Shown one piece after another: positions 29,737 through 38,099 of a DNA stretch of 64,000 nt. The translations under genes and the position numbers were made by a program. Under the pieces are notes generated by a model. That model was not told where the DNA came from and ran no database searches. It worked only from the letters and a program-made list of their open reading frames with translations. Position 1 is the first letter of the stretch, and each line of letters starts with the position of its first letter. The stretch comes from an uncultured delta proteobacterium (GTDB lineage: Bacteria > Desulfobacterota > RBG-13-43-22), in contig CAWJJC010000006.1 in NCBI GenBank assembly GCA_963843145.1, positions 1 to 64,000 on the forward strand, in the 5' to 3' direction.

Positions 29737-30867
29737 TTATGGTTTTGGTATTTGGATACTGCCGTCTTTCTTTTTCCACTGAACACAAGTAACTTCCTCG
29801 AAGGCCCCTTCGGCCTCCCGACACTTGTTGCAGTAAATGCACTTAACGATATCCCTTTCCCGCCCTTCCTGGAACTTTTTGGGCCAAAAAGGATCACAGA
29901 GGATGGGGCGGGCGATAGCCACCATATCCGCCTCGGAATTATTAAGAATGCTCTCGGCTATTTGGGCTGTGGGAATCCTGCCCGCCGTAATAATCGTGGG
30001 ATAAAGACCAGCCTGATTTATGATTTTTTTGATATCAGCGGCTAAATAGACATTGACTTTTTCGGGCATCCAAAGAGGAGGCATAGATCGATTTCCACTA
30101 TAACCGGTATAGGGATCCAACGACTCCCCTTCTCTGGGGATGGCATCTTCAAACTTTCCTCCGGCCGAAACACTGATATAGTCCAGACCGAGTTCGGCCA
30201 AGCGTAAGGCAATAGAACGTGTCTGGCTGAGGGAGTTCCCTCCCAAGGTGAATTCATCGCCATTCATCCGCGCACCGAGTACAAAATCATCACCGATGGC
30301 CTGACGCACGGCCTGGACAACATCTATAGCCAGATGCATCCGGTTTTCCAGGTTTCCGCCGTAATCATCTTTTCGGTGGTTATGGCGGGATAGAAAGGAA
30401 GCCATGGTGTAGGCATGGGCAAAATGGAGCTCAACGGCGTCAAATCCGGCTTGGCGGGCACGGTAAGCGGCCTGGGTAAACAATCGAGGAATTTCCTGAA
30501 CCTCCTCCAGGGGCAGGTCTTCCACCTTTTGACGATAGCCGGTCCGGGAAATCTTTAAAAAGTGAATAATTTGAGGAGCAATCTTGGCCTCGGTTTCCCG
30601 GTGCACCCGTTCGGTTAATGCCTTGAGTCCATGGATAAATTCATCGTCATTTAAACGTAACAACTGGCCGCTTTTTTGTTTTTTTACGGATACGGCTTCG
30701 GTGACAACGATACCCGCGCCACCTCGGGCGTAAAGGTGATATCGATTGATTAATTCTTCCGTGACCTTTCCCTCTTCGGTGGCCAACCGGGTGACCACCG
30801 GCGGCATCATGATTCGGTTGGAGAGTTTGAGTTTGTTTTTCATGTAATATGGTTCGAAAAGTTTCAT
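29737..30867 (-). CDS. Old Yellow Enzyme-family flavin oxidoreductase with a C-terminal 4Fe-4S motif, lacking the FAD/NAD(P)H domain
   Basis: LSNRIMMPP, ARGGAG, GFDAVELHFAHAY, RKDDYGG, ADMVAIARPILCDP, CIYCNKC-x11-C; the protein ends at 376 aa. Confidence 0.85.
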   Translation of the reverse strand: MKLFEPYYMKNKLKLSNRIMMPPVVTRLATEEGKVTEELINRYHLYARGGAGIVVTEAVSVKKQKSGQLLRLNDDEFIHGLKALTERVHRETEAKIAPQIIHFLKISRTGYRQKVEDLPLEEVQEIPRLFTQAAYRARQAGFDAVELHFAHAYTMASFLSRHNHRKDDYGGNLENRMHLAIDVVQAVRQAIGDDFVLGARMNGDEFTLGGNSLSQTRSIALRLAELGLDYISVSAGGKFEDAIPREGESLDPYTGYSGNRSMPPLWMPEKVNVYLAADIKKIINQAGLYPTIITAGRIPTAQIAESILNNSEADMVAIARPILCDPFWPKKFQEGRERDIVKCIYCNKCREAEGAFEEVTCVQWKKKDGSIQIPKP

Positions 30868-30911
30868 GGAAGGCTTCCTTTTATGAAATTGAAAATAGAC
30901 TTATGAAGAAA

Positions 30912-31541
30912 TTACTTTGTCAATTGAATCAACGCGGTAATAAGATCATATACGTCCTGTTGACGTTGACCCGCCCGGATTCCAAGCTTCAACCAGATCT
31001 TGGAAGCCAATTCCTTGAGCTGGGTGGATGGTAAATCTTTGAGCTCTCGGAGATCCAATCCTTCGCCCTCTATTGCTTTCTTGAGGGCCAAAACTATTTC
31101 GCCAAGGGTGTCTTCTGTTTTTTCCAAATGGAAAAAATGGTCCGTTTTATTGCCTTCTCGAATGGACTTATCGGCCGTCAGGGAAAAAGTTTCTTCCAAG
31201 TGGATTCTTTTAAGCGACAAGGGTTTTCGGTTGATTTCAATCAGTTCCGGATAACCGTCGGATTTGTTTAAAGAGAGTCTGCCCCTGTCTTCAGGTCGGC
31301 TGATGACATAATAGCGATTGATTCCGGAACAGGCCGGATCCACCTCCAAAACTTCTTTCCAGCCGTCTTCCCATTCCAGAAGGAGATATTTCTCCTTTCC
31401 AGGGAAAGGACTGGGGAGGCTAAAAAAAGGGTTATTCAGAAGTTCTTTCTGAAAAGACAGGGGCAGGGTGTTAAAGACAACAGTGGTCTTTGAACCGTCC
31501 TCGAATTCAACCGTTAACTTCTTGGGCCTGGATTGCAACAC
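30912..31541 (-). CDS. Hypothetical protein
   Basis: 209-aa ORF tightly packed and co-oriented in the operon, AAGGA RBS; no motif recognised. Confidence 0.7.
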   Translation of the reverse strand: MLQSRPKKLTVEFEDGSKTTVVFNTLPLSFQKELLNNPFFSLPSPFPGKEKYLLLEWEDGWKEVLEVDPACSGINRYYVISRPEDRGRLSLNKSDGYPELIEINRKPLSLKRIHLEETFSLTADKSIREGNKTDHFFHLEKTEDTLGEIVLALKKAIEGEGLDLRELKDLPSTQLKELASKIWLKLGIRAGQRQQDVYDLITALIQLTK

Positions 31542-31546
31542 CGAAT

Positions 31547-32278
31547 TTATTCCTTCTTTTTGAGTATTGTCTTAAGTTCTAAGAAGGATTGGATGACCAG
31601 ATCAGCTTTGGACTGCCCTAAATCGATAAAACCGGTATATTGAATGGTCTTAAAGCCCCGGTCGTGAGCTGGATTAATATCGGTTTCCGGTTTGTCCCCG
31701 ATCATAACGGCCTCCCCCGGTTCGATGCCTCGTTCCTTTAATTCCTGGGCCAAGACATCATAAAGCCTTCCGTCTTTCTTAGTATGGCCTTTATACTTCA
31801 AATTGATAGTATCATTTTCCAGATTGATTTTCCCCTGGGGGGTAACTAGCTCTTTAAAATACTTGACCAGTCCGCGTTGTTTTAAAAAACGGGAGATAAC
31901 ATGGGCCCCTACCGGTCCGAGGGTCTTTTTCATTTCTGAGACGACTTGAAGCTCTATCCCCCGGACCTGCAAATAGGAAAGGGTTTCTTCCAACCCTTCT
32001 CCTATTTGCAAAAAGGCTTGTTCTTTCTGGTTGAATAACTCAATGGCTTGAAGATCATCATCCAGGACGAAGCTGTAGATTTCATCCCGATGTCCTTCTT
32101 TTATCCGTCCATAATCTCCATATTTTTCCTTGAGAATCCTATATTTTTGTATTTTATCGGAAATCAACTCCGGCTTTCCCAGTGTCTTATAAATATCGCC
32201 AAAGACCAAAGGATTCCTTAGCCCTCCCGGCTCCATGATACACTGGCCATAATCAAACCCACACCATTTCACTTCCAT
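31547..32278 (-). CDS. HAD-superfamily hydrolase (atypical motif I)
   Basis: GFDYGQC (motif I with only the first Asp), VVSE (motif II), K...LY, VMIGDKPETDINPAHDRGFKTI (motif IV). Confidence 0.75.
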   Translation of the reverse strand: MEVKWCGFDYGQCIMEPGGLRNPLVFGDIYKTLGKPELISDKIQKYRILKEKYGDYGRIKEGHRDEIYSFVLDDDLQAIELFNQKEQAFLQIGEGLEETLSYLQVRGIELQVVSEMKKTLGPVGAHVISRFLKQRGLVKYFKELVTPQGKINLENDTINLKYKGHTKKDGRLYDVLAQELKERGIEPGEAVMIGDKPETDINPAHDRGFKTIQYTGFIDLGQSKADLVIQSFLELKTILKKKE

Positions 32279-32331
32279 AGGAATTGGACTTCCTTTTTAA
32301 ATTAATTCCAAAGGACCTTTCTCTAAACTAT

Positions 32332-32371
32332 TCTGGGAGGCTCTACCGACCTTTTGGGAAAGCCTCCCAGA
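32332..32371 (-). other. Intra-operon stem-loop after the amidohydrolase gene
   Basis: TCTGGGAGGCT-18 nt-AGCCTCCCAGA, 11-bp perfect arms. Confidence 0.55.
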
Positions 32372-32379
32372 CTTCTTTT

Positions 32380-33408
32380 CTATTTCATAGGCGGTAATTT
32401 AAAGAGCCTTTCCAAATTTTTGCCCAGGATCAGATCAACCTCATCTTGTGTAAGTCCGGCTTGTTCTCCCACCTCTTTGACCGCCTTAATGGCCCCTTCA
32501 GGATCGCCGACCCGATGGGCATAATCGGTTCCAATACACATGTGGTCCGGACCGACCCATTCCAGGCAGCACTTCATGGCCGGATGATAAAAGGAGGTGG
32601 TATCCGGATAGACCCTGTTCTTATAGGTGATATCCGGCGATTCATCCAACACAACACCCCATTCCTTTCCATAGCCTTTATAGGAGTCCTGTAATCTTCG
32701 AACAAAATAAGGGACCATGCCGCCCAGATGGCCGTGAACAATAGTCAACTTGGGATATTTCTTCATAACGCCTTGGAAGATGAGGCTTAGGACGGCCATG
32801 CTGGTATCCAGGGTGTAACCCCAAAGCTGGTAAGGCAACCGCATTTTGTTCATCACGTCTTTGGTCATAGGAACGGCCGGATGCATCAGCATAGGGAGTT
32901 CATATTTGTTGGCCATTTCATAAATGCCATGGTATTTTTCCAGGAAAATAGGTTCAAAATTAAAATTGGAAAACATTTGAATCCCGACACAACCCATCTG
33001 ATGGCACCTTTCCAATTCTTTACAGGCTTCATCCGGATCCTGATAGGGAAGAGAAGCCAGGAAATAGAATCGTCCCGGATAATCTTCAGTGGCCTTTTTA
33101 AGCGCGTCGTTGCACTTTTGCGCCCAATAAATACCGATATCTCTCTCCAGGGTTTCCGGCCCCGGGATGGTGACGCTGAGAAGCTGGGTATCTAGACCGC
33201 CCTTATCAAGATCTTTAATTCTTTCCTCCAGATCATAATGGCCGGCTCTGTCGATATGGGCGACACAAACACCCTCATACCACATCCGGTAATGGGTCCC
33301 GCCGTCGTGAACGCCGTTAGGGGAATTCTTGGTCCCCCGGCTGCAAAGATATTCCAAGTATTCTTTGGGATACCAATGATTGTGGGCATCAACTGTCCTT
33401 TGTGCCAT
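32380..33408 (-). CDS. Amidohydrolase_2 family protein (ACMSD/LigW/IDCase-type non-oxidative decarboxylase-like)
   Basis: VDAHNH (HxH), LMHP, DTS, HGHLGGMVPYF..RL, YPDT, IGTDYAH, ILGKN. Confidence 0.8.
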   Translation of the reverse strand: MAQRTVDAHNHWYPKEYLEYLCSRGTKNSPNGVHDGGTHYRMWYEGVCVAHIDRAGHYDLEERIKDLDKGGLDTQLLSVTIPGPETLERDIGIYWAQKCNDALKKATEDYPGRFYFLASLPYQDPDEACKELERCHQMGCVGIQMFSNFNFEPIFLEKYHGIYEMANKYELPMLMHPAVPMTKDVMNKMRLPYQLWGYTLDTSMAVLSLIFQGVMKKYPKLTIVHGHLGGMVPYFVRRLQDSYKGYGKEWGVVLDESPDITYKNRVYPDTTSFYHPAMKCCLEWVGPDHMCIGTDYAHRVGDPEGAIKAVKEVGEQAGLTQDEVDLILGKNLERLFKLPPMK

Positions 33409-33426
33409 CTTTATTATCCTCCTTTA

Positions 33427-34407
33427 TTATTCTTTAAGATTTTTTATATTTCTGCTTTGCAAGATAAATAAATTTCCCTTTTCGTAAGCCCATTCGATAT
33501 CCTGAGGGAGACCAAACAACCCTTCAATCTTAATTCCGATTTGACCCAATTCCTGCACTTGGTCATCCGAAAGAGTAGATCTATCCATTAGATCGGGATT
33601 CACAGTGATCTCTTTCCTTCCAACCCCTTTTTCTTCGTCAAAGCAAACCATAACCGTCTTTTTGGCGATCTTCTTTTGTTTTATCTGGAGGGTTGCTTTA
33701 TCCAATGAGAAAAAATCGTTCATCGATTTGCCGGAAACAACCGATTCGCCCAACCCCCAATTGGCTTCAATGACCATCTCTTTTTTGCTGCTGGTTATCG
33801 GGTTGGCGGTAAATAAAATACCGGCCATCTCGGGATTAATCATTTTCTGAACGATCGGGGCGATCAACCCCAGATGATGGTCAATTTTCTTATGATAACG
33901 GTTGAAAGTCGCCCTCGAAGTCCATAAGGAGGCCCAACACAGCTTTATATGCGTCAGGATTTCCTCCCTTTCTTTCAAGTAATGGAAGGTATCCATCATC
34001 CCGGGAAAGGAAGAGATCGGAAGGCCCTTGACCGCTACAGAAGATCGGACGGCCACGAAAACCTGATCCGGGCCGGTCAACTTATCTATGGAATCCGTCA
34101 ACTCTCTTAATAAATCGGCCGGAATAGGAGCGGAGATAATCAGGTCTCTGATTTCATTAGTTTTACCATCGATGATGGCATAATCCTCGTAATCAAAACC
34201 ACCAACGGCCTCATCAATTTTGGGCTGCAAATTATTTTTCTCAAGATGATGATAAAGAGAATTTGCCAGCACGCAGAAACCAGAGGGTACGTTAAATCCT
34301 GCTTGAGTCAATTCCCCTAAGTTGGCCGCTTTTCCACCAGCCTCTTGGATGTCTCCTTTGGTCATTTCTTCGAAAAATTTAATGTAGGTTCCGATTGGGA
34401 TCACCAC
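33427..34407 (-). CDS. Second phenylphosphate synthase beta-like subunit (stand-alone ATP-grasp domain)
   Basis: GGKAANLGEL, VPSGF, VAVRSS, SFPGMMDT, CWASLWTSRA, ANWGLGESVVSG, PQDIEWA, ILQSR. Start codon uncertain. Confidence 0.88.
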   Translation of the reverse strand: MVIPIGTYIKFFEEMTKGDIQEAGGKAANLGELTQAGFNVPSGFCVLANSLYHHLEKNNLQPKIDEAVGGFDYEDYAIIDGKTNEIRDLIISAPIPADLLRELTDSIDKLTGPDQVFVAVRSSVAVKGLPISSFPGMMDTFHYLKEREEILTHIKLCWASLWTSRATFNRYHKKIDHHLGLIAPIVQKMINPEMAGILFTANPITSSKKEMVIEANWGLGESVVSGKSMNDFFSLDKATLQIKQKKIAKKTVMVCFDEEKGVGRKEITVNPDLMDRSTLSDDQVQELGQIGIKIEGLFGLPQDIEWAYEKGNLFILQSRNIKNLKE

Positions 34408-34444
34408 CTTTCTTAAAAATTATCTTTATGTTAGGCTATAGGAT

Positions 34445-34461
34445 ATCAAGAATAATGCCAG
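34445..34461 (-). promoter_or_regulatory. Sigma54-like promoter of operon 2
   Basis: Minus strand CTGGCATTATTCTTGAT: GG-N10-GA (variant -12). Lies between an NtrC-type gene and the operon, with an AT-rich upstream tract containing a near-IHF site (34544-34556). Confidence 0.65.
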
Positions 34462-34587
34462 GAAGTTCTCGTTTAATAACTAATTGTAATAATTTATAAT
34501 TTAGCGAAATAAAGGAAACATGCTGAAATTAAATAACAAATTTTAACTAATTGAAATATAATGATATTTTAAGCTAAAATCATGACA

Positions 34588-34613
34588 CATTTCTGTTGCA
34601 TGCTACAAGAATG
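34588..34613. promoter_or_regulatory. Candidate activator-binding dyad
   Basis: CATTTCTGTTGCA/TGCTACAAGAATG, imperfect palindrome (10 of 13 positions), about 130-150 bp upstream of the sigma54-like site. Confidence 0.35.
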
Positions 34614-34681
34614 ATTCGCCACATTATTGTTAAAGCGAGAAGGATAAATTCTAAAAGCAGGTTGCCCGGGGGGGGTACTTC

Positions 34682-36103
34682 TTACGAGTTTCTTAAGAAG
34701 GGAATTTGGGAGAGTTTGTACTTTCGCATCAGCCGTTGAAAACTGCTTCGGTGCATTTGGATTTCTCTGGCACTTTTCGAAATGTTCCAATCGGTCTTTC
34801 CCAATAATTTAGAGAGATAATCCTTTTCGAAGGTCTCGATCAGCTCTTTTTTGGCTTTACGAAAATCGGGGAGTCTTTGGGATTCTGTCGGTATTCCCTG
34901 ATAGGCTGGCATAACCAGACCTTGGCCCAGGCCGCGGATTTCGGCCGGAAGAGATTCCAGATTGATAACCTCGGTATTGCTCGTAATGATCATATGTTCC
35001 ATGACATTTTTTAATTCCCGAATATTACCCGGCCAGGGATAATCGATTAGGTATTTTAAGGCCTCATTGGACACCTGGGATATTTTGCGGCCGATTTTTT
35101 TATTAAACATTTGAATAAAATAGTCGATCAAGGGGAAGATATCTTCTTTCCTTTCCCGCAAAGGAGGCAGGTAAATCGGTACGACATTCAGGCGATAAAA
35201 GAGGTCTCTCCTGAATTGTTCTTTTTCGACTAAGGTTTTCAAGTCCCGGTTGGTGGCGGCGATGATCCTGACATCCGTTTCCAGATACTTTTCCCCGCCC
35301 ACCCTTCGAAAGCTCTTGCTTTCCAGAACCCTCAAGATTTTGGCCTGGAGCTTCAACTCCATGTCCCCGATTTCATCCAGGAAGAGGGTCCCTCTGTGAG
35401 CGACCTCAAATAACCCCCTCTTCAATCCGATGGCACCGGTAAAAGAGCCTTTTTCATGTCCAAAGAGTTCACTCTCCAACAAATTTTCGGGAAGGGAGGT
35501 GCAATCAACAGTAATGAAAGACATCTTAGCCCTTTGGCTTTTTTTATGAATCATGGCTGCCACCAATTCTTTCCCCGTTCCGGTCTCGCCATAAATCATT
35601 ACCGTACTGGAAGTTTCGGCAATGCGGTCTATCAAATTCAAGACCTCATAAAATTTTCGACTCCGGGTTATAAGTTCTCCATACTGGTAGCGATCGATCT
35701 GCCGTTCCAAGACCTCGATTCGATTTTCTAAGGAGATTAACTTCAGGGCCTTTTGAATAACGATTTTTATCTCATTATAATCAAAAGGTTTGGGAAGATA
35801 ATCAAAGGCTCCCAATTTAATGGCTTCTACTGCGCTGCTGATATCCCCATAGGCGGTGATAATAATCACATTGGTCTGGGCATCCATTTTTTTTATTTCT
35901 TTCAGCACCTCAAGACCATTGAGATCTGGAAGATTTAAATCCAGGAGAACCAAATCAATGTGTTTCTGGATTAAGTGATTCAAGCCCTCCTTTCCGTATT
36001 GGGCCGAATAGACTTCGAATCCATCTTGAGAGAGGGAATTGCCAAGATATTTTCTGATATTCTCCTCGTCATCGACAATTAAAATACTTCTGGCTATCTC
36101 CAA
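34682..36103 (-). CDS. Sigma54-dependent response regulator (NtrC family)
   Basis: ILIVDDE, LLDLNLP, YLPKP, GETGTGKE, ESELFGHEKGSFTGA, FLDEIG, WPGNIRE, C-terminal HTH. Confidence 0.95.
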   Translation of the reverse strand: MEIARSILIVDDEENIRKYLGNSLSQDGFEVYSAQYGKEGLNHLIQKHIDLVLLDLNLPDLNGLEVLKEIKKMDAQTNVIIITAYGDISSAVEAIKLGAFDYLPKPFDYNEIKIVIQKALKLISLENRIEVLERQIDRYQYGELITRSRKFYEVLNLIDRIAETSSTVMIYGETGTGKELVAAMIHKKSQRAKMSFITVDCTSLPENLLESELFGHEKGSFTGAIGLKRGLFEVAHRGTLFLDEIGDMELKLQAKILRVLESKSFRRVGGEKYLETDVRIIAATNRDLKTLVEKEQFRRDLFYRLNVVPIYLPPLRERKEDIFPLIDYFIQMFNKKIGRKISQVSNEALKYLIDYPWPGNIRELKNVMEHMIITSNTEVINLESLPAEIRGLGQGLVMPAYQGIPTESQRLPDFRKAKKELIETFEKDYLSKLLGKTDWNISKSAREIQMHRSSFQRLMRKYKLSQIPFLRNS

Positions 36104-37221
36104 GGCCCAGATCCTTCCTGGTCAATAAGAGGTAAATAAATCGTAAATATGGTTCCTGCTCCCCTTTGGCTCTCTACATTAATGATTCCTTTGTGGGCGG
36201 AGACGATCTCCTTACAAATGGACAATCCTAATCCCGTCCCCCCTGGTTTTAAGCTGTAAAAGGGTTTAAAAATATCCGGCAAATGTTTATGGTTTATCCC
36301 GATCCCGGTATCGGCCAGAGAGATGCACAAAAAAGATGTTTCGCTCGAAAGAGTTTCTTCCGGTGAGTTTATCCGGGTAGAAATGGTGATCTTTCCCTTG
36401 TCCGGAATGGCTTGCGAGGCATTCAAAAACAGGTTTAGCAATAATTGATAAATCCGATCCCGGTCGATAAAAATATCTAGGTCTTGAGTACATAATTTTT
36501 TTTTCACCGTGATGTTCTTCGACTCTAACTGACTTCTTAAATGAAAGAGGACTTCTTCAACGATTTCTCCTATGATCCGCTGATTTCTTTTTCTAATCCG
36601 ATATTCGGTTTTCTTGGCTCTTAAGAAAGAGCTAACCGTTTTTTGAATACGGTTTAGATCTTTCATGACACTGTCCAAAATCTGAATATTTTCTTTTTTC
36701 TCAAGACTTCCATATAGCGTGGAAAGGCCTAATTTGATCCCGGTCAAAGGATTGTTGATTTCATGGGCTAACGTATAGGACACATCGGCAATGGAAGATA
36801 ATTTGGCGGATTCAACGACCTCCTTTTCCAATTTCTTTTGATTGGTCAGGTCATTAACGATGGACATGACGTAGGTGATGTGATTGGAGTGGTCGAAAAT
36901 AGGAATAGAGCTAGCTGAAAGATAGTGCAGGTTGCCATTGGGTGAATAATAAGTAAATTCATGGGTCTGGCTCTTTACACCGGTTTGCAAGGTACTATTT
37001 AATCGCTTGACAATGGCATCTTTATGCCTCTGGTCGAAATCCGGTAGAAATTCAAGGGGTGTTTTCCCTAAGGCATTTTCCTTTTTGATTTCGAAAATTT
37101 CTTCAAAGGGATCATTAATGAAAATGACCTTGAGTTGCCGATTATGCAGAATGACCGCCGCACTAATCCCTTGAACAATGTTATTTAAAACTTTTTCATC
37201 TATGATTTTAAATGTTTTCAT
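36094..37221 (-). CDS. Cytoplasmic PAS-domain sensor histidine kinase
   Basis: N-terminal PAS, LAHEINNPL, NLFLNA, DTGIG, FKPFYS, GTGLGL. No TM segment; overlaps the regulator start. Confidence 0.93.
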   Translation of the reverse strand: MKTFKIIDEKVLNNIVQGISAAVILHNRQLKVIFINDPFEEIFEIKKENALGKTPLEFLPDFDQRHKDAIVKRLNSTLQTGVKSQTHEFTYYSPNGNLHYLSASSIPIFDHSNHITYVMSIVNDLTNQKKLEKEVVESAKLSSIADVSYTLAHEINNPLTGIKLGLSTLYGSLEKKENIQILDSVMKDLNRIQKTVSSFLRAKKTEYRIRKRNQRIIGEIVEEVLFHLRSQLESKNITVKKKLCTQDLDIFIDRDRIYQLLLNLFLNASQAIPDKGKITISTRINSPEETLSSETSFLCISLADTGIGINHKHLPDIFKPFYSLKPGGTGLGLSICKEIVSAHKGIINVESQRGAGTIFTIYLPLIDQEGSGPWR

Positions 37222-37278
37222 TACGCTTGGACCGTTTCGCCCCTGATTCAGCCTCCATAATTTTTCCTCCTGTCCGGG

Positions 37279-38064
37279 CTAAGCCAAAAACCCCCCGTCT
37301 ACGTTCAAGACCGTTCCCGTAATGTAGCTGGAGGCAGGAGATCCTAAAAAGAAAATAGTGCCGATAAGTTCCTCTGTCCTGGCAAAACGCCCCAAAGGGA
37401 TCTGTTTAATGATTCCTTTATAGATTTTTTCCGAATCCCTCAGCCCTTTGGTTAACTCGGTCTCCATATAATGGGGGGCCACGGCATTAACCCGGATGTT
37501 ATATTTGGCCCACTCAACGGCCAAGCTTTTGGTAAGTAAAATCACCCCTGCTTTGGAAGCACAATAAGCAGAGGCCCTGGGAATTCCAATAAAACCGGCC
37601 GTAGAGGCAATATTGATGATGGTTCCTCCACCCCTTTGAATCATGTGTTTCCCAACGTGTTTGCAGCACAAATACGTTCCCCTCAAATTTACCTGAATGA
37701 CCTTGTCCCAATCCTCAGTCGATGCGTCTACAGTGGGTTCGAACTTCAATTGGGAAATACCGGCATTGTTAATTAATATATCCACCTGTCGAAACTGGTC
37801 GACTGCCTTCGTAACAAGATTCCTGACCGATGTTTCCTTCGATATATCCGCTTTGACGGCCTGGGCATGAGAACCGATCCGGTGTATCTCTTCGGCCGTT
37901 TCCTCAGGAGAAACCAGATCGGCCAGCACCAACGAAGCGCCCTGGCGGGCTAGGGCCAGAGCAATTTCCCTCCCCAGTCCTTTGGCGCTCCCGGTAATCA
38001 ACGCCGTTTTTCCTTCAAATCCGAAAAGTTCCGAAAGTTCCTGATTGGTGTTTCGCCTTTTCAT
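37279..38064 (-). CDS. SDR oxidoreductase (gluconate 5-dehydrogenase/KduD-like)
   Basis: TGSAKGLG, NNAG, YCASK, LAVEWAKYNIRVNAVAP, VDGG. Likely ATG at 38064. Confidence 0.88.
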   Translation of the reverse strand: MKRRNTNQELSELFGFEGKTALITGSAKGLGREIALALARQGASLVLADLVSPEETAEEIHRIGSHAQAVKADISKETSVRNLVTKAVDQFRQVDILINNAGISQLKFEPTVDASTEDWDKVIQVNLRGTYLCCKHVGKHMIQRGGGTIINIASTAGFIGIPRASAYCASKAGVILLTKSLAVEWAKYNIRVNAVAPHYMETELTKGLRDSEKIYKGIIKQIPLGRFARTEELIGTIFFLGSPASSYITGTVLNVDGGFLA

Positions 38065-38099
38065 AACCCTCTGTCTCGGGTGATCATTTCCCCCAGGCC

